Source: Octopus vulgaris (taxonomy: Eukaryota). From it: a stretch of DNA of 64,000 bases. Location of the stretch: contig OX597840.1 of NCBI GenBank assembly GCA_951406725.2, positions 23,746,001-23,810,000 on the forward strand, in the 5' to 3' direction. Both the position numbers and the translations under genes were made by a program. Shown piece after piece: positions 26,698 to 40,696 of this stretch (position 1 is the stretch's first letter; each line of letters starts with the position of its first letter). The notes under the pieces are model-generated. The model was given only the letters and a program-made list of their open reading frames with translations, had not been told where the DNA came from and did no database searches.

Positions 26698-28337
26698 TTT
26701 TTTTTCTCCTCTCACCACAAAGTCCAAATGTTTTTCTTTTTTTTCTTCTTTTTTTTATATTCTATTCCTCAGTTATTTCTGTTGCTTGAAATGCTTAGCG
26801 GTATTTCGTCTGTCTTTTTGCTCTGAGTTCAAATTCCACCGAGGTCGACTTTGCCTTTCATCCTTTCAGGGTCGATAAATAAAGTACGAGTTTCACACTG
26901 GGGTAGATATAATCGACTTAATCCCTTTGTCTGTCCTTGTTTGTCCCCTCTATGTTTAGCCCCCTAGTGGGCAATAAAGAAATATATATTTCCATCAACT
27001 GTAATCATTGTCAATATCTGAGGGGGCTGCCAATTCCTTTGCAATCCAGGTTTAATTAGAATACAGGATTGGTTTTCTTGCACCCATTCCAGGCAGTGAA
27101 GTACAGAAATGCTGCTAATAATCACACACCCAAAGAAAATCTTTTACAATTCTATAATCGATTTATATAAACAGGGTAATATTTCTTGTGTGTAGCATCT
27201 TAGTTTCATCTTAAAGAATATATCATATATATTCATGATGTGTTCGATGTAAAATCTTCTTTTATGCTAAATATCCTCTCTGATACTCTGAAATAAAAAA
27301 GAAATAATATGAGATATAGAATATACTTGAAAAGTAAAGATTAAATAATGAAAATTTTATTACGTTTTAATACTGATAAACTGGAGATATAAACCTTTAG
27401 CTGGCCAAATAAACGTTAACACGTCAGTCTGACAAACAAACAAGGAGATTATAAGGTAGTCGTGGGATGTGCTAAAAATAATAGCTAAATAGCTCTTAAA
27501 TGATGCAGCAATTTAAAATATTTTGTGTTGGCTTTTGCACAATCCTATGAATTACAAATTTGCAAGAGTTTTCTAAAAATTCCCAAAAAGTTTTGAACCA
27601 ACAAAGAATTTATAATTTACATCTGCTGTTTGTTTGTTGAGCGAAGCGGTCTTCGTCCTAGAGCTCGCAAGATGGAAGAAGTCGGAAACGGGGTCCTTTG
27701 CTATTCGTAAGACCCGCAGAAGAGAAAGCAGGTCAGTCCCCCCCCCCCCCCGACACCGAGAGCATCGACGGATGGATGAATGCGCATCCAGGCTCGGCGG
27801 TAGCGTAGGAAGTCGAAGGACAAGAAACAGGAAGAAAGAGTGACAGAAAGCCGGGGCGAAAGAGTACAACAGGGGTCGCCACAACCCTCTGCTGGAGCAT
27901 CGTGGAGCTTTAGGTGTTTTCGCTCAATAAACACTCACAACGCCCGCTCTGGGAATCGAAACCGCGATCCTCCGAATGCGAGTCCGCTGCCCTAATCACT
28001 GGGCCATTGCGCTTCCACTTACATGTGCTGTATATGAAATATCAGAGGTTATTGTGTTAAAAAGAGCAAGGACTAATGTTTACTTGGAAACGGTTGATGA
28101 TGATGATATATATATATATATATTTATTGCCCACAAGGGGATATACAAAGAGGGGACAAAGAAGGACAGACATAGGGATTAAGTCGATTACATCGACCCC
28201 AGTGCATAACTGGTTCTTAATGTATCGACCCTGAAAGATGAAAGGCAAAGTCGACCTCAGTGGAATTTGAACTCATAACGTAAAGACACATGCCTTTCGC
28301 CTGTCGTGCTAATGTTGCTGCCAGCTCGCCACCTTTA

Positions 28338-28399
<62 letters not shown>

Positions 28400-29054
28400 T
28401 AAAACGGTAAGATAACAAAAGAAAGAAAGAAAGAGACCTCAATATTATGTAAATAGAGGAAATTTATCTATAAAATAATATGTTACATTTACTCAATAGT
28501 CAAGATAAAACTCTGAGTTTCAGATGTCGAAGTGGAAATCCACAACACCATCTCTTCGGTTATCTGGCCATCTGAAAAAACGCTATGAAAAAATACCGTT
28601 ATATAAAGGGAAATTACTGTATTATAATTCTGCGCGCGAAAACCCACGTGCGTACTTATACGTCACTATGGAAACGTACACATCTTCACTCGCATTTTTC
28701 GCGAAATATATACGCATATATATACAACCTCATACACACACACACATGCGTACCGTAAAAGTTCATACATACGTCTATATACGCACAAACACAAGAAAAA
28801 CCATGGTTAAAGGTAACAGAAAAAAAAACATAAGGAAGTATACAAAGCATAAAAACCACGTTCATATACGGACAGGCCCCTATGCACTCATACACACACA
28901 CACGCCCATATATGTACATACCCGCACATGTTTATATACGCATACATACACACGCATATACAAAAAATGAATATATATATGTCCCCCCCCCACAAAAAAA
29001 TGGAAAAATACTAAGTAAAAACGTCTATATAAATATATGTGCATTCGTAAAAAC

Positions 29055-29093
<39 letters not shown>

Positions 29094-29459
29094 TATATAT
29101 GTATATACATATATAAATATAGATATGCACATACACACACACAAAAGTTGGCGATTACAAAGGTATTTCACAAGAATCATATATATAGTGGAAGCCGCTT
29201 ATTGTGATCATTTCCGTACAGCATTGGCCAACACCTAACAGATGACGTTAAACAAATATAAAGTCTGAACCAATTAATTTTGATAACAATAACCGGCTGA
29301 TAACGTTATCCGCTATTCCGATTGACCGCCACTCCATTCCTGCCCAGCCTACATCAATACACAACAAACTACGGCATTTCTATAAATCGCAGTATTTGCT
29401 ATACAACGTCTTCAATCAGATCGTATTCCTCTCCAATATATATACATATATATATAATA

Positions 29460-29566
29460 ACTTACCCCTGATGCTTAATAAATAAATAAATATTTATTTA
29501 CTTTCGATTTCGTCTCCAAAGAATTGAGGAAACGTGACAAGCCGGAAGTAAGGTGCGTCATGTGAC
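29460..29566 (-). promoter_or_regulatory. Inferred ZNF-B promoter, exon 1 and donor
   Basis: CCGGAAGT 29542-29549, GTCATGTGAC 29557-29566, donor 29465-29460. Confidence 0.65.
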
Positions 29567-29747
29567 TTAGACTCTTTAATATATGAAACCACAAAGAGTG
29601 CTGTTGACACAAAAGCGAAACTAAGAAGGAAGGGGGAACGTAATATTGTTGTTGACTATCACCATGGTTACTGTCTAAGCGGAAGGCGCATGGCTCGGTG
29701 GTTAGCGCATCGGGCTATCAATCGCGAGTTAGTGAGTTCGATTCCCT

Positions 29748-30210
29748 GGATCTTTTCGTTTTGACTGGCAGATTTTTAAAATAATTTCTTTGTAACTAAA
29801 CACTTTTAAACTTAAGTACCAGTTACGCACTGGGGTCGATGTAATCAACTTAATCCCTTTGTCTGTCCTTGTCTGTTCCCTCCTATCTTTTCGGTTTGAA
29901 CAGCAGTTTTTAACATAATTTCTAGGTAACTAAACACTTTGAAACTTCGTGTAATGGTAGAATTTGTTACATAAATCATCTTTTTTCTCTTGGCTTTCTT
30001 GAGAAAATTCTGTAGTTTGTAAGCTACAATTATTGCTGTTGATAAACTACGGCAGATATTGTTATCACCTCAATAGACGTCATTGATTGGTTGAAATTGC
30101 CGAAATGCAAGAAATATAACAACAAATAGCTTACAAGCTACAGAATTTTCTCAAGAAAACCAAGAGAAAAAGATGTTTTATAAATACATTCTACCAGTAT
30201 ACGAATTTTA
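29748..30210. mobile_element. Nested fragments of the GGATCTTTTC-terminal DNA element (paralog ~43964-44425)
   Basis: Same termini and body as the MITE at 63376-63569. Confidence 0.55.
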
Positions 30211-30299
30211 AAGAATAAGTCCTGGGGTCGATTTGATCGAATAAAGGCGGTGCTCCAGCATGGCCACAGTCACATGACTGAAACAAGTAAAAGAGTAAA

Positions 30300-30413
30300 G
30301 AGAGATAGCTAGATAAACAGGTAGATAGATAGGTCGGTAGGTAGGCAGATAGATAAATAGACAGACAGATAAGATAGATAGACACAAATAGATAGACAGA
30401 CAGACAGACAGAC

Positions 30414-30452
<39 letters not shown>

Positions 30453-30470
30453 TAGATGGATAGACAGATA
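30300..30470. repeat. (GATA)n/(GACA)n microsatellite (also 31170-31295, 44515-44642)
   Basis: Visible. Confidence 0.9.
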
Positions 30471-30657
30471 GAAGCAGTTCTTCCCTCGAAAAGGACGATT
30501 CTTTTCTTCAGCTTTAAAGCTTCCAACATGAATGTTGGTGGTGGTGGCCATGTTTATAGCAGTAAGGGTTGTCTTTACTTCTTTGTATCTTCTAAGGCCA
30601 GACTGGAAGGTTTCTGTGTGCGTTCAAGCGGAACAACTTCCTTTTCAGACAGATAGT

Positions 30658-31022
30658 GGAAGCACTCCGTCGGTTACGACGATGAAGGTTCCGGTTGATC
30701 CGATCAACGGAACAGCCTGCTCGTGAAATTAACGTGTAAGTGGCTGAGCACTCCGCAGACACGTGTACCCTTAACGTAGTTCTCGGGGATATTCAGCGTG
30801 ACACAGAGAGTGACAAGGCCGGCCCCTTGAAATACAGGTACAACAGAAACAGGAAGTAAGAGTGAGAGAAAGTTGTGGTGAAAGAGTACAGCAGGGATCA
30901 CCCCCCCCCTGCTGGAGCCTCGTGGAGCTTTTAGGTGTTTTCGCTCAATAAACACTCACAACGCCCGGTCTGGGAATCGAAACCGCGATACTATGACCGC
31001 GAGTCCGCTGCCCTAACCACTA
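30658..31022 (-). mobile_element. SINE family 3 variant, specific to cassette B
   Basis: Same tRNA head as 16020-16411, different 3' body; absent from the paralogous site in C. Confidence 0.8.
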
Positions 31023-32109
31023 AATAAAACACAAAAATACAAAGTAAATAATTTTAAAACTAAGTAAATAACACAAAAACACAAAGTAAGGATCGACTAG
31101 TCATGACTAGCTAGCGCGGATGCACGAGTACGCGAGTGCACGCACCGGATTCACTCTTCTCAAGTAGTACCGATAGATAGACAGACAGAGATAGATAGAT
31201 AAATAGAGATAGATAGGTAGACATATATAGATAAATAGACAGACAAATAGATGGATAAACGGATGGATGGATGGATAGATAGATAGATAGATAGGCACAG
31301 ATATGCTATAGAAATAAACTTTGACGTACGCACCTTGAAGTTTTCCAGTGTTAAAACTTTCTTTGGAAGTTGCACGTCATCTTCAGCAGGTGCTTCGTGT
31401 GTGTGTGTGTGTGGCAGAGTACGGCCGAATGGTCAAGAAGATCCCTTAACAACCACGAGGTCCCTCGTTCTGTCCTACTGCGAGACACTTTGGGCAAATA
31501 ACACTTTCTGCAGTGTCCAGTTGACCTGAATGAAATCGGACAGAGGGGAAAGTGCTGAACCCAGGAATTCCAAAGAGGTCAGCTTCGGGTCGAAGGGGTT
31601 TTGTATGATTCCAGCGGAATCCTCGAAGACTCACGGGAATTGCGGAGCAGGGGATTCAGTTGGTCTTACACCTGAATCCTCATCGGCGAACGACGGGGAT
31701 CCGCGATGTATGAAAATGTCTGTATAGGTAGAGATGGAAATGGTGAGGATATTAAGAAATGGTTAATAGCAAAATGTGGGAAATAAAAAAAATTGGAATG
31801 GGCAGTGAAAAGGAAAACGAAACAGTGAAAGAAATTGTATATCTTTGTTTAAGTAATTTTTTTTAGTCCTTCCTTTTTTCTGAGTTGTGCGTTAGATATG
31901 AAATTAGATATGAAATTATTCGTATCTAATTCCGGTCTCCTAATAATTATCAGTTATAAAGTGGAATTGATCCAGGAATAAAGATTTGTATGAAACTATA
32001 GCAGGAAATAAACGGAATTTGCAAGACTGAACGGTTAATGGACGAGGGGAAGTAACTCTTCCTTCAACAAAAGTCTTGAATATTTTTACTTAGCTTCGGG
32101 TTTAAATGA

Positions 32110-32689
32110 CAATTAATTCAACAAATTGTTAGAAAGGATCACAAAAGTACAGCCCCTCAAAATAATGCAGGGCTTAATGACCGCCTCAAGAACCCAGTTT
32201 CCACAAAAACTTTTTGCTGGGAGCTGCACAAAGCCAGATTTCAAGGGAGGGCTGCAATCAGAAAACCACTACTTTCAAAAACAAACGTTGCAAAGCGTTT
32301 AGAGTGGAGTAAAAACCTACAGAATTGGTCCCTAGAGCAGTGGAAGAATGTTATTTTCTAGGACGAGTCATCCTTTACCTTATTTCCGACCACCGGCCGA
32401 GTATACGTGTGAAGAGAGCCAAAAGAAGCATTTGACCCAGACTGCCTTCTTCCAACTGTTCAACATGGAGGAGGATCTGTAATGATCTGGGGAGCTATAT
32501 CTTGGAAATCTGCCAGCCCCAATGGTTCCCCTTCATGGCAGAATTAATAGTCAAGACTATTTAAGCATTTTATCTGATCAAATTCATCCTATGGTTGCGG
32601 AACTGTTCTGGAGGGAAACACAAGCTTTCAAGATGATAATGCACCAATTCTCACAGCTAAAGTTGTCACTGAATGGCACGAGGAACATT

Positions 32690-32690
<1 letters not shown>
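32110..32690 (+). mobile_element. Tc1-like transposase fragment
   Basis: Paralog of 21400-21990. Confidence 0.88.
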
Positions 32691-33571
<881 letters not shown>

Positions 33572-33642
33572 CAGTGCAATATCTTTTACGTTCTTACTTG
33601 ATTCGATCATTGAATTGCGGTCATACTGGAGCACCGCCTTAA

Positions 33643-33861
33643 CCCTTTAGTGTTTAAACCGGCCATATCCGGCCCAAATAATCTACCTGTTTTCTGTTAA
33701 AACTGCCCACATTTGGTATCTCACATCAGCCTATAATGTCAATCTAAAAACAGGTGATAACATCATCAAAATCTTAAAGCTACGAAATAATGACATGATT
33801 AGCTTAAAACAATATGATGAATAAATATTATATTTGACAGAATAATCTGAATGCTAAAGGG
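33643..33861. mobile_element. piggyBac-type MITE
   Basis: TTAA|CCCTTTAG ... CTAAAGGG|TTAA; related fragments at ~60160-60710 and ~62495-63035. Confidence 0.75.
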
Positions 33862-33894
33862 TTAAAGGGTTTACTCCAACAAAACGATTTCATT

Positions 33895-35780
33895 GCACGT
33901 AAAAGACACCCAGTGCACTCGGTAGAGTGGTTGGCATCAGGAAGAGCATCCAGCTGTAGAAACCCTGCTAGAATAGCTGACTGGAGTCTGGTGCAGCTCT
34001 CCAGCCTTGCCAGCCCCTGTCAAAAGTCTAACCAATGCGAAGATGGAAATCCAATAATATTACTTTATTGGTCTCTTTTGTTAAACTGCTAGGTTACAGG
34101 TGCTTAAACAAACCAACACAGTTTATCAAACAATAGGCAAACAAGCACACATATGCATGATGGCTTCCATACAGTTTCTGTCAACCAAATTCACTCACAC
34201 AATATTGGTTAGCCCAGACTATGATGGAAGACACTTGCCCACGGTGCTGCACATTTTCCAAAAAAGATGGACTTCTGGTGACTGTATACTGTTTCAACAA
34301 GGATTGTTATCCATTATTCTGTTTTTCACAATCATCATCCTCATCATTTAATGTCTGTTGTCCATGCTGGCATGGGTTGGACAGTTTGACCAGGGCTGGC
34401 AAGCTGTACCAGACTCTAGTCTAGTTTGGCATGGTTTCTATGGCTGGATGCTCTTCCTAACACCAAACACTCTCAGAGTATAATGGGCGCTTTTATGTGC
34501 ACTGGCACAGGTGCCAGTTGTGTGACACTTGTATCTGCCACAACTACAATTTCGCTTGGCTTGATGGGTCTTCTCAAACACAGCATAATGCCAAAGGTCT
34601 TGGTCACTTGCATGGCCTGATGCCAAAGGTCGTGGTCATAAGGAGAATACATTCTACAGACTCTTATTGTCAGATGATTGACCATAAAATACTGAAATCA
34701 AAACAACCAAGATTTTTATCTATTTTTTTTTTATTTGGATTTTAATGTGGATTACTTATGTAATTACGTTTACCTTTTCTGTCTGAGAATAAAATAATTG
34801 CTTTATATTTTTATTCTTGTTGTCAATCAACTTACCATTTCTCATCTTCAACAAACAAGAACTTCCAGCCTTTACTCCTCAGCCTTCCTACTTCATTTTC
34901 ATCCTCTGCCAGGCATTATATGGAAGTTTTCCTGTTGCTCACAGACAGATTCTTTTTTTCTTTACGAAAGGATCAATAAATATACTATTAAGCATTCACC
35001 CGATTCCTTGCCTTTATCTTTCTCCGCAAATTGTAGTTAAGACACCCGTGCCGGTGACACGTAAAAAGCACCATTCGAGCGTGGCAGTTGCTAGCGTCGC
35101 CTGACTGGCTCCTGTGCCGGTGACACATAAAAGCACCAACCGATCGTGGCCGTTTGGCAGCCTTATCTGGCCCCTGTGCAAGTGGCACGTAAAAAACACC
35201 CACTACACTCACGGAGTGGTTGGCGTTAGGAAGGGCATCAAGCTGTAGAAACACTGGCAGATCAGACTGGAGCCTGGTGCAGCCTCCATGGCTTACCAGA
35301 TGCCGGTCGAACCGTCCAACCCATGCTAGCATGGAAAGCGGACGTTAAATGATGATGATGTGATAGTGAGAGCTTTTCCAGAAGTCTGTCAGTCGTTACC
35401 CTTGTCTCGCAAGTATAATAGTTTATTTACAAATCCTTTAATAGATAACAAAAAAATTGGCTGTCAATAATAGGAACATCATCATCATCATCATTATTTA
35501 ACGTCTGTTTTCCATGCTAGCATGGGTTGGACGGTTCAACTGGGGTCTGGGAAGCCCGGAGGCTGCACAAGGCTCCAGTCTGATCTGGTAGAGTTTCTAC
35601 AGCTGGATGCCCTTCCTAACGCCAACCACTCCATGAGTGTAGCGGGTGTTTTTTACGTGCCACTGGCACAGGAGCCAGAACAGACTGGCAAACGGCCAGG
35701 ATCGGTTGGTGCTTTTATGTGTCACCGGCACAGGAGCCAGTCAGGCGACGCTAGTATCTGCCACGTTCAGACAGTGCTTA
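33895..35780. mobile_element. Cluster of RTE 3'-end fragments in both orientations (~33895-34050 +, ~34332-34625 -, ~35040-35360 +, ~35478-35780 -)
   Basis: ggatgcccttcctaacgccaacc motif, (CAT)n tails; 34438-34626 encodes SDQDLWHYAVFEKT like the RTE C-terminus. Confidence 0.75.
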
Positions 35781-35961
35781 TTATATCATATCATATCATA
35801 TATCCAACACATTTGATATTTTATTTTAAATATCCACATAACTGAGAAACTGAGATACAGTGAAGTCCAGTTATGAAGATATGGCACAGCAGTTTCTATG
35901 ATAATTCTTTTGTACAAGACTTTGTAAAGTCCATAGCTGAAGAGAACTTGGCAGCAACATA

Positions 35962-37204
35962 GGGGCAGGAGTGACTGTAGGGTTAGTAGCTTGTTTACCA
36001 ACCACATGGTCCCGGGTTCAGTCCCACTGCGTGGCACCTTGTGCAAGTGTCTTCTACTATAACCTCGGGCCGACCAAAGCCTTGTGAGTGGATTTGGTAG
36101 ACGGAAACTGAAAGAAGCCTGTCGTATATATATATATATGTGCGTGTGTGTGTCTGTGTTTGTTCCTCCAACATCGCTTGACAACTGATGCTGGTATGTT
36201 TACGTCCCCGTAACTTAGCGGTTTGGCAAATCACCTCGTTCCTCCAGATTCAGGCAATTTCTAAAAACAAGCATTTGACAGTCTGCAACTCTTTACTCTT
36301 TTACTTGTTTCACTCATTTGACTGTGGCCATGCTGGAGCACCGCCTTTAGTCAAGCAAATTAACCCCGGGACTTATTCTTCGTAAGCCTAGTACTTATTC
36401 TATCGGTCTCTATTTGCCGAACTGCTAAGTGACAGGGACGTAAACACACCAGCATCGTTTGTCAAGCGATGTTGGGGGGACAGACACACAAACATATACA
36501 CACACAAGTATATATATATATACATATATACGACGGGCTTCTTTCAGTTTCCGTCTACCAAATCCACTCACAAGGCTATAATAGAAGACACTTGCCCAAG
36601 GTGCCATGTAGTGGGACTGAACCCTGAACCATGTGGTTGGTAAGCAAGCTACTTACCACACAGCCACTCCTACCCCTCAATCTTTGATTACGACATCAGG
36701 CTGCGAACGTTAGCAACCAGAGACTCTTCACTGCAGTGAAAATTCATGTTTTTCCCACGTTTCATGGTGCTAAGTATTTCAAGCAGTTCGTCTAGGAGAG
36801 CTGGTCTTTCGCACACCGACCCCCATTCAACTCCTTGGTTATCACTGACCCCCTTGTAATTGCTCACCAACCCCTAGTGGTCCCTCAGATTCCCTTTAGC
36901 AACCCCCGATTTATAGTTAGTAACATAAATTGCACAATGATGCAGTCATTGGCTTAGGAGAATACATTTCTCAGTGAAAGAAGCCTGTTGTATATATGTA
37001 TATATATGTGTGTCTGTGTTTGTCCCCCCAACATCGCTTGACAACCGATGCTGGTGTGTTTACATCCCCGTAACTTAGCGGTTTGGCAAAAGAGACCGAT
37101 AGAATAAGTACTGGGTTACAAAGAATAAGTCCTGGGGTTGATTTGCTCAACTAAAGGCGGTGCTCCAGCATGGCCACAGTCAAATGTCTGAAACAAGGAA
37201 AAGA

Positions 37205-37206
<2 letters not shown>
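35962..37206. mobile_element. SINE family 2 cluster (+ ~35962-36230, - ~36285-36672, + 3' half ~36977-37206)
   Basis: Matches 23985-24402. Confidence 0.8.
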
Positions 37207-37247
<41 letters not shown>

Positions 37248-37454
37248 AAATAAGAAAATGGAGAAACACATCTTAATCAATGATCAACTACCAGATAATT
37301 CCCAATCACATAATTTATTAAACCACTACATATGAACATTCAGGTCAAACATAATAATATAGAACAAAACAATGCACATCAATGAGTAATATGATACAAT
37401 AAGTACAGTATGTATAAGTGAATATAAATAAATACAAATATAAATATAAACTAC

Positions 37455-37581
37455 ATCTTACAGCTGTTTCAGCCATGCAGATATGGGTGCCTCATTATGC
37501 TCATATTAGCCATGTGTGATAGGTTAATATGTGGTTATAAATGAGACACTTACAAAAATATCCCAAGGCCTCTTCAGAGAT
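37455..37581 (-). ncRNA. Minimal type-I hammerhead ribozyme motif with long stem II
   Basis: AUCU CUGAAGA GGCC...GGCU GAAA CAGCUG UA AGAU: canonical core, 4-bp stem I, palindromic stem III. Confidence 0.7.
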
Positions 37582-38074
37582 TATGAAGAACAAACTAAAT
37601 TAAATATGAATATCAGAGGAGGTACACCCATATATATATATATAACTGCTACTCATGTTGGCTAACTCTGTTCCTTATCAGTTGTGATATGATTCTTTCA
37701 GTAGCTTTCAATGTCTCTGTAGTTGCCCCTCTCTCTCTCTCTATTGTATCTTCTCTACTCTTATAGCAATCTATGCTGATACTGTTCAAGCAGAAATTGT
37801 AATCACCACCTCTTTGCGTTCCATGATTGACTGTGGATGTTGGTTCTGCCTCACCTGACTTCATTTCATTGTTCCAAAACAACATAGGTGGAGGCAGGGC
37901 TGTGCCATCACGAAGCTCGCTTTGCAACAAAGTGGTTTGCAGTTCAATCCCACTGCGCAGCAACCTGGGCAAATGTCTTCTATAGCCCTAGGTTGATCAA
38001 AGCCTTGTGAGTGGATTTGATGGATGGAAACTGCATGAAAGACTGTTGTGTGTGTGAGTATATATTTATATATA

Positions 38075-38650
38075 CTCTTTACTCTTTTACTTGTTTCAGT
38101 CATTTGACTGTGGCCATGCTAGAGCACCGCCTTTAGTCGAGCAAATCGACCCCGGGACTTATTGTTTGGAAGCCCAGTACTTAGTCTATCGGTCACTTTT
38201 TGCCGAACCGCTAAGTGACGGGGACATAAACACAACAGCATCGGTTGTCAAGTAATGCTAGGGACACAAACACACACACACATATATATATATATGCACA
38301 TATATACGACGGGCTTCTTTCAGTTTCCGTCCAAAGCCTTGTGAGTGGATTTGGTAGACAGAAACTGAACGAAGCTCGTCGTATATATGTATATATATAT
38401 GTATATATATATATATATATGTATGTATGTGCATGTGTTTGTGTGTCTGTGTTTGTCCCGCTAGCATTGCTTGACAACCGATGCTGGTGTGTTTACGTCT
38501 CCGTCACTTAGCGTTTCGGCAAAAGAGACCGATAGAATAAGTACTGGGCTTACAAAGAATAAGTCCTGGGGTCGATTTGCTCGACTAAAGGTGGTGCTCC
38601 AGCATGGCCACAGTCAAATGACTGAAACAAGTATAAGAGAGAGAGAGAGA
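38075..38650. mobile_element. Fold-back pair of SINE family 2 3' halves
   Basis: Minus copy ~38075-38330 joined directly to plus copy ~38331-38650. Confidence 0.8.
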
Positions 38651-38670
38651 GTAATAGAATTATCACAGTG

Positions 38671-39160
38671 TTATGGTTTCTTTCCTGCGTGGATATGTTT
38701 GTGAGTAGTTAAGTTACCTTTTTGAGAGAAAGACTTTTCACATACATCACAGTGATAAGGCTTCTCTCCTGTGTGAATGTGTTTGTGAGAAATTAAGGTA
38801 TGGTTCTGAGAGAAGGATTTACCACAGATATCACACACGTATGGCTTCTCTCCTGTGTGAACACGTTTGTGTTTGATTAAGACATCGCACTGTGAAAAAG
38901 ACTTTCCACAGATATCGCAGTGATATGGCCTCCCTCCTGTATGAATACGTTTGTGTTTAGCTAAGTGATGATTTAAAGAGAATGATTTACCACAGATATC
39001 ACAGTGACACGGCTTCTCTTTACTATGAATGAGTTTATGAGTATTTAAGTCACCAGCGAATGACTTTCCACAGGTATCACAGTAGTATGGTTTCTCTCCA
39101 GTACGGAAGGGTTTGTGTTTAGTTAAATGTTGATTTTGTGAGAATGATTTACCACAAATA
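38671..39160 (-). pseudogene. About six out-of-frame fingers left after the ZNF-C stop
   Basis: [13 protein letters not shown]...[23 protein letters not shown]; a 2-bp deletion made the TGA at 39161. Confidence 0.8.
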
Positions 39161-40696
39161 TCAGTGATATGGTTTCTCTCCTGTATGAATACGTTTATGG
39201 TTAGTTAAAGCATCGCTCCGTGAAAACGATTTACCACAGATATCACAATGATATGGTTTCTCTCCTGTGTGAATGTATTTGTGTTTAGTTAGATTTTGAT
39301 TCTGTGAGAATGATTTACCACAGATATTACAGTGATATGGTTTCTCTCTTGTATGAATACGTTTATGGTTAGTTAAAGCATCGCTCCGTGAAAACGATTT
39401 ACCACAGATATCACAGTTATATGGTTTCTCTCCTGTGTGAATGTATTTGTGTTTAGTTAGATTTTGATTCTGTGAGAATGATTTACCACAGATATTACAG
39501 TGATATGGTTTCTCTCCTGTGTGAATGTATTTGTGTTTAGTTAAGTTTTGTTTTTGAATGAATGATTCTCCACAGATATCACACTGATAAGGTTTCTCTC
39601 CAGTATGAATGTATTTGTGAATAGTTAAGCTCTGATTATGAGAGAATGATTGGCCACAGATATCACACTGATATGGTTTCTCACCTGTATGAATACGTTT
39701 GTGACTAGTTAGGTTTTGATTGTGAGAGAATGATTTACCACAGATATCACACTGATAAGGTTTCTCTCCTGTATGAATGTATTTGTGAAAAGTTAAGCTG
39801 TGATTATGAGAGAATGATTGGCCACAGGTACCACACCGATATGGTTTCTCACCTGTATGAATACGTTTGTGACTCGTTAGGTTTTGATTCTGAGAGAATG
39901 ATTTACCACAGATATCACAATGATATGGTTTCTCTGCTGTATGAATACGTTTATGAGTGGTTAGGTTGCTATTTCCAGAGAACGATTTACCACAGATATC
40001 ACAATGATATGGTTTCTCTCCTGTATGAATACGTTTGTGAGTGGTTAGGTCGCTATTTCGAGAGAATGATTTACCACAGATATCACACTGATATGATTTC
40101 TCTCCTGTATGAATACGTTTGTGAGTGGTTAGGTCGCTATTTCCAGAGAACGATTTACCACAGATATCACAATGATATGGTTTCTCTCCTGTATGAATAC
40201 GTTTGTGAGTGGTTAGGTCGCTATTTCCAGAGAATGATTTACCACAGATATCACAATGATATGGTTTCTCTCCTGTATGAATACGTTTGTGAGTGGTTAG
40301 GTCACTATTTCCAGAGAATGATTTGCCACAGATATCGCAATGATGTGACTTAACCACAATGTGGATGCATTTGTGAATAGCTAAGCTATGATTCTGAGAG
40401 AATGATTTACCACAGGTGTTACAGCGATACAACTCGACACCTGCGTGAATGAGTTTATGTGTGGTCAAACGAACCTCTTCAGAGAATGATTTACCACAGA
40501 TGTCACAGCGATAGAGATCCTCTCCTGCATGGAAACATTTGTGAATCGTCTGTTCATCTTTGAGAAAGAAGGACTTGTTGCAGACATCACAGTGAAATGA
40601 TGTTTTCTCTTCTTCTTCTGTTTCATCTTCAGTAAAATCAATCCTTAACGACTGTGTATTACAATTAACCTCATTATCACGTAATTCATTTTCCAT
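39161..40696 (-). CDS. C2H2 zinc-finger protein copy C, 511 aa, ~17 fingers
   Basis: Uninterrupted ORF, same leader as A, B and D. Confidence 0.92.
   Translation of the reverse strand: MENELRDNEVNCNTQSLRIDFTEDETEEEEKTSFHCDVCNKSFFLKDEQTIHKCFHAGEDLYRCDICGKSFSEEVRLTTHKLIHAGVELYRCNTCGKSFSQNHSLAIHKCIHIVVKSHHCDICGKSFSGNSDLTTHKRIHTGEKPYHCDICGKSFSGNSDLTTHKRIHTGEKPYHCDICGKSFSGNSDLTTHKRIHTGEKSYQCDICGKSFSRNSDLTTHKRIHTGEKPYHCDICGKSFSGNSNLTTHKRIHTAEKPYHCDICGKSFSQNQNLTSHKRIHTGEKPYRCGTCGQSFSHNHSLTFHKYIHTGEKPYQCDICGKSFSHNQNLTSHKRIHTGEKPYQCDICGQSFSHNQSLTIHKYIHTGEKPYQCDICGESFIQKQNLTKHKYIHTGEKPYHCNICGKSFSQNQNLTKHKYIHTGEKPYNCDICGKSFSRSDALTNHKRIHTREKPYHCNICGKSFSQNQNLTKHKYIHTGEKPYHCDICGKSFSRSDALTNHKRIHTGEKPYH

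Noticed and set aside
39730-40353. MIYHRYH... ORFs
   Set aside because: Antisense shadow frames of the 84-bp finger repeat
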